This document shows positions 28,022 through 32,000 of a DNA stretch of 32,000 bases, piece after piece. Source of the DNA: Prochlorococcus sp. MIT 0801 (GTDB taxonomy: Bacteria; Cyanobacteriota; Cyanobacteriia; PCC-6307; Cyanobiaceae); contig NZ_CP007754.1 in the NCBI RefSeq assembly GCF_000757865.1, forward strand, positions 1,710,001 through 1,742,000, written 5' to 3'. Position 1 is the stretch's first letter. The number at the start of each line of letters is the position of its first letter. The notes beneath the pieces were generated by a model. That model had not been told where the DNA came from. It saw only the letters and a list, made by a program, of their open reading frames with translations, and did not search any database. The translations under genes and the position numbers were made by a program.

Positions 28022-29374
28022 TTAAGGAATTGACTCCATCAATTTTAATACTTCTAACAGGGTTTTCTCATTGCCAAGATTACCTGGGAAAGTAACTATT
28101 GGTAAATTATATTGATCAGAATTACTTGTTACTATTGACAACCCTGGTAATACTTGGCCTTTTAAATTTACATGGTTAAAATTGAACCCTTTCTGAAGTA
28201 AGATCTGTGTTGTAATACCTCCTTTACTAATAATATAACCCAATTTATTAGTTATTTTCCTAACCAGAACTGCCATAAACTCTGCAAGTTGAAGTCCAAA
28301 ATTCATTCTTTCAGGGCAAGCAGAAAACTTCATTTCTTCTCGAGAAGTATATAAAACAGGTATTTTTTCTATACCCAAAATATCATCTATTTCCGATAAT
28401 AAAGTATGCTCAAGTTCTAAGATTGCCTGTTGATAATCTTCTAAAGCAAAAATATTAGCTAATTTACTAACTGGTATTTCGACCCCCTCACAGGAATTAT
28501 CTATCAATAAAACCTTTAATTGATCTGTCGCTAATTTCACATGGGAGCCAACCATTACCAAACCTGGCTTATATTTACACTCTTTATTTTTCAATTTCAA
28601 AGCAACTAAATCTGCAGCATCTTGAGGGTTAGGTGGTAAGGCAGATAAAGAATTGATAAAGCTTGCTGCAGTCCTAAAAAGAAATCTTTTTTCTTTAGAA
28701 ACTACTTTAATCGCACTAGCTAGTATTTCTAAATGATGAGGTAATTTAGCATCCACAACCACTGAAGTATTATTTTCTAAGTTAGACAAAAATTTTAAAA
28801 GAGATTCAAAATCATCCTCATTATTAAAAGCCATATCTAATTGTTTAATTTCAACATGTAAGATATTTTTCGCCTGAATCTTTCCAAAACTTTTTTCTTC
28901 AATCCATTTAGCTAAATTACTAGTAGAAAATCCAAAAATATTATCATGACCAAAATCAGTAGTATGAACAGGTATACCATTTAAATAATGAATACCGTTC
29001 TCAGTTGTTCTTCCACCTTCCAAAAAAGCTGGAATGTGAAATGTTGCATCAAATGGCCCTAATTCTTCCTCGAGAATTGCAGGTTCCAAAACACCATGAC
29101 CACGTAATGTTGAATCACCTCGACTAATATAAAAGAAATCATCTTTGGAATATCCTTGTCTTAAAAAAAATTTCTTAATAGATGAGCATATTTCTCTAGT
29201 TTTCTTAACAGCCAAAACAGAAGATAAAGATCTTGTGTTTGCAAGTATAAATATTAAAGGAGAAGACTGTTTAAATGCTTTCTCTAGATTATGTTCATCC
29301 CAGTTTAATAATAATGGGCATCCATAAACAGTTTGAGATCCAGTTGGATCATCATCAAAAATAATTATTTTCAT
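28022..29374 (-). CDS. Four-carbon acid-sugar kinase family protein (DUF1537)
   Basis: N-terminal IIFDDDPTGSQT and a two-domain length of about 450 aa fit the DUF1537 family from memory. It lies 30 nt downstream of the oxidase gene on the same strand. Confidence 0.7.
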   Translation of the reverse strand: MKIIIFDDDPTGSQTVYGCPLLLNWDEHNLEKAFKQSSPLIFILANTRSLSSVLAVKKTREICSSIKKFFLRQGYSKDDFFYISRGDSTLRGHGVLEPAILEEELGPFDATFHIPAFLEGGRTTENGIHYLNGIPVHTTDFGHDNIFGFSTSNLAKWIEEKSFGKIQAKNILHVEIKQLDMAFNNEDDFESLLKFLSNLENNTSVVVDAKLPHHLEILASAIKVVSKEKRFLFRTAASFINSLSALPPNPQDAADLVALKLKNKECKYKPGLVMVGSHVKLATDQLKVLLIDNSCEGVEIPVSKLANIFALEDYQQAILELEHTLLSEIDDILGIEKIPVLYTSREEMKFSACPERMNFGLQLAEFMAVLVRKITNKLGYIISKGGITTQILLQKGFNFNHVNLKGQVLPGLSIVTSNSDQYNLPIVTFPGNLGNEKTLLEVLKLMESIP

Positions 29375-29404
29375 AAAAAATAAATCTATTATTCAGTCAA
29401 AGAT

Positions 29405-30589
29405 TTATTCGAACCTCTCCCAACTTTCAGGAACTTGAATATAAGATTTATTTAACTCGGCAACAGACCCACATCCCAATAGTTTCATAGTTCTCACTAT
29501 ATCTGTTTGAAGAATTTCTATAGCTCTGGCAACGCCTTTCCCTCCCGCAGCAGCAAGTCCATAAGCATATGCTCTACCGATCAAAACTCCTTTCGCACCA
29601 AGACACAATGCTTTAACGACATCACTACCCCTGCGAATACCTCCATCTAGCAACACATCTATTTTTCCATCAACTGCAGCTAAAATTTCTGGCAAAACAC
29701 GGATCGTGGGAGCAACGCTATCAAGTTGCCTAGCTCCATGATTAGAAATAACGATCGCATCAGCCCCTAGCTCTGCCGCTTTTTTTGCATCATCACCAAT
29801 ATGTATACCCTTAACAATAATTTTTCCACCCCACGCCTCTCGTATCCATTGAAGATCCTCCCAAGTAACAACTGATTGCTCTAAAGCAGGACCAATTGCC
29901 GTATATCCCATGGGGCCATCATCAAGTTGAACATTAGGAAAACTCATTAAGCCTCCATCACTTAACCATTGAGTCATCCAGCATGGTTTAACTAATATTT
30001 GAGGAATATAAGGAAACATCTCCAAAGGATTCATTGATAAAAGCTGTTGAGTTCCTGATCGCATATCTCTTTCTCTTAAACCAGACACGGGTGTATCAAT
30101 AGTTACAACTATTGCTGAGAATCCAGCTTTTTTGGCTCTAGAAATTGTTTTTAAGGCAACTTCTTTACCACCTAGCAAATAAAGCTGATACCAAGCTGGC
30201 CCATTTGTAGCAGCTTTAACGTCTTCTAATAAACAACCAGAGAGAGTCGACAAGGTATATCCAGTTCCAGCTTTTCCTGCCTCTCTAGCTGCAACCACTT
30301 CTCCTTGAGGATAGAACATTCTGCTACTACCTACTGGTCCCAACAAGAAAGGAAGTTGAAATTTCTGATCTAAAACAGATATTCCAAGATCACACGATGG
30401 AACAGAAACTGCACATCTAGGTCTAAATAAAATTTCATTATATGCGTTGCAATTTTGTGAAAGTGTTTGTTCTCTATCTGCACCACTATCTATATAGTTA
30501 AAAACCATTGCCGGCAGACGACTTTTAGCTCTAGACCTGAGGTCATCAATATTAAGTACTCTTGGAGAGGAAACATCTGCTCCTAACAT
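29405..30589 (-). CDS. FMN-dependent alpha-hydroxy-acid oxidase/dehydrogenase (glycolate/L-lactate oxidase family)
   Basis: SNHGARQLD, GGIRRGSDV and IVVTIDTPV motifs in a 394-aa ORF. Confidence 0.85.
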   Translation of the reverse strand: MLGADVSSPRVLNIDDLRSRAKSRLPAMVFNYIDSGADREQTLSQNCNAYNEILFRPRCAVSVPSCDLGISVLDQKFQLPFLLGPVGSSRMFYPQGEVVAAREAGKAGTGYTLSTLSGCLLEDVKAATNGPAWYQLYLLGGKEVALKTISRAKKAGFSAIVVTIDTPVSGLRERDMRSGTQQLLSMNPLEMFPYIPQILVKPCWMTQWLSDGGLMSFPNVQLDDGPMGYTAIGPALEQSVVTWEDLQWIREAWGGKIIVKGIHIGDDAKKAAELGADAIVISNHGARQLDSVAPTIRVLPEILAAVDGKIDVLLDGGIRRGSDVVKALCLGAKGVLIGRAYAYGLAAAGGKGVARAIEILQTDIVRTMKLLGCGSVAELNKSYIQVPESWERFE

Positions 30590-30735
30590 TATTCATCACA
30601 AATTCATGAATAACGAATCTATAATATATTGAACATAGTTGCAAAAACGAACAAAATATTGAAATATTTGTCATACAAAAAGCTATAAATTGAATTTAAT
30701 TAATTAGAAACTGTACTCGTCAATAACTCAAATAA

Positions 30736-31593
30736 CTAAAAAGAATTATGCTGAAAAGTAGTAAATAATTCTATATATTCTTCCGGTTTGATTTCCAGCT
30801 TTCTATCTCCAGTCACCAGTGAATTCCTTGGGCTAGTCCAAGGCTCCAGACAAACCATTTGTCTAGGAGGATCAGTCCATATGACAGTTGTATCCATTGG
30901 CTCTTGATGAATTAATTCAATTACATTCCTAGATAAAAAATCAAACAGTTTAACCGAAGAAGAAGGATAAGAAAGAAAATCAACACCTTTATCTAAAATT
31001 CTTATCTGGTCAGAGACATTAGTAACTTTCATATTAGTTTGATCAATACATTTTTCAGGCAAACCATCTATCTTTATTTTTTGTATGTTTGAAACTTGAA
31101 AATATGGATGCAGACCAACACTGAAAGGCATAGAATCTTGACTCTGGTTCTGGATTTTAATAGATATTTGAAGACTTTTTTCTTTCAAGCATGCATCCAT
31201 CCACAGAGTAAAAAAGAAAGGAAAATAAGAACGTGAATCTTTTGTATCAGTGAGTTTAAGCCTTATTCCTAGTTTATCTTTTAATAAACCTATTGACCAA
31301 GGTAAATCTCTAGCAAAACCATGTTGTTTTAAAAAATACTTCTTGCCACCAAGTGAATAGCCCTCAGACAAACCCCCGCATATGGGGAAAAGGATAGGTA
31401 TTCCTCCTCTGACACTTTTATCTTTATCTAGAAAACGCTCTAAATCAAAGTACAAAAGTTCCTTCCCTTCGCTTCGCCATTCAGTAATCAGCCCTCCTCT
31501 TTCAGGAACAATACTTATTGATGAATCAAATTCAAGGTTTGAATATTCCCAATGAGGATAAGGCTTTGTCTTTTTTTCGAAACTGATGGACAT
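30736..31593 (-). CDS. Aldose 1-epimerase family protein
   Basis: RGGIPILFPICGG, HGFAR and GLHPYF motifs typical of the mutarotase-like fold. Confidence 0.7.
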   Translation of the reverse strand: MSISFEKKTKPYPHWEYSNLEFDSSISIVPERGGLITEWRSEGKELLYFDLERFLDKDKSVRGGIPILFPICGGLSEGYSLGGKKYFLKQHGFARDLPWSIGLLKDKLGIRLKLTDTKDSRSYFPFFFTLWMDACLKEKSLQISIKIQNQSQDSMPFSVGLHPYFQVSNIQKIKIDGLPEKCIDQTNMKVTNVSDQIRILDKGVDFLSYPSSSVKLFDFLSRNVIELIHQEPMDTTVIWTDPPRQMVCLEPWTSPRNSLVTGDRKLEIKPEEYIELFTTFQHNSF

Positions 31594-31596
31594 GTA

Positions 31597-32000
31597 TTAA
31601 AGCTGATTAATCCATTCTAAAAGAGCTGAATTAACTTGATCGGGCACTTCGTCATGAGGACAATGACCAGCATCTAAAATAACTTCTTTTGTATTTGTGG
31701 GAGTGTGTTTTTTATAAGTAGCCCTTTTACCAGGAGCATTCATCCAAGGATCTCTATTACCCCATAGCAATAATAATGGTGCCTTCAACTGAGCAAATAA
31801 CTCATCAAGTGGTCTTCCCTGAGGTCCTGCTGGATCGAAAACACTTTTGAAGACATTAAAAGCACCCTTATCCAAAGATGGTTTTCGGATCGCTTCTACT
31901 AGTTCATCATCAACGTTAGATGTATCAATATAAACTTGATTCAAAGTACGTTTAATTGTTGAAGGCTGTCTAAGGTTTTCAAAAATTATTCTTTGCAATA
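31597..32000 (-). CDS. Alpha/beta-hydrolase fold protein, C-terminal part (5' end outside window)
   Basis: DAGHCPHDEVP (catalytic His region) near the C-terminus. The frame is open to the window edge. Confidence 0.65.
   Translation of the reverse strand, partial: LQRIIFENLRQPSTIKRTLNQVYIDTSNVDDELVEAIRKPSLDKGAFNVFKSVFDPAGPQGRPLDELFAQLKAPLLLLWGNRDPWMNAPGKRATYKKHTPTNTKEVILDAGHCPHDEVPDQVNSALLEWINQL

Noticed and set aside
30591-30611. Inverted repeat attcat-N9-atgaat immediately upstream of the oxidase start codon
   Set aside because: The stem is 6 bp and AT-rich, which is expected by chance.
1-32000. Looked for CRISPR arrays, transposases, integrases, phage or plasmid genes, toxin-antitoxin pairs, restriction-modification or other defence genes
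   Set aside because: No spaced direct-repeat array is present. No ORF has recognisable mobile-element or defence motifs. Every large ORF except a few small hypotheticals has a housekeeping assignment.

Overview
The window reads as a core chromosomal segment of a low-GC marine picocyanobacterium. I infer a Prochlorococcus-like organism from gene content and visible AT-richness; I ran no search and computed no GC value. Supporting content includes psaD, the ho1-pebA-pebB bilin cluster, a fused panC-cmk gene, hemF, ppc, trpE, icd and purM. I call about 32 protein genes, most on the minus strand and tightly packed, plus tRNA-Arg(CCG) and tRNA-Cys(GCA). I found no CRISPR array, transposase, integrase, phage genes or recognisable defence system. 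Most of the window is ordinary housekeeping DNA, and I see no clear novel multi-gene system. Items worth a second look:
- An AT-rich patch of about 1 kb next to tRNA-Cys holds an orphan 143-codon ORF and an untracked 59-aa four-cysteine ORF.
- A DUF1537-type acid-sugar kinase sits directly downstream of an FMN alpha-hydroxy-acid oxidase, with no PdxA-like partner nearby.
- A soluble histidine-kinase homologue keeps its H-box but has degenerate ATP-binding motifs.
- The conserved N-terminus of recF has no canonical start codon; ATT is the likely start.
- trpE, gshA, ppc and a 150-aa ORF form a start/stop-overlapping string.
- Several intergenic repeats and mini-ORFs have weak support.
Two tracked ORFs are mis-bounded: recF is too short, and the lpxB-related ORF runs antisense through tRNA-Cys.
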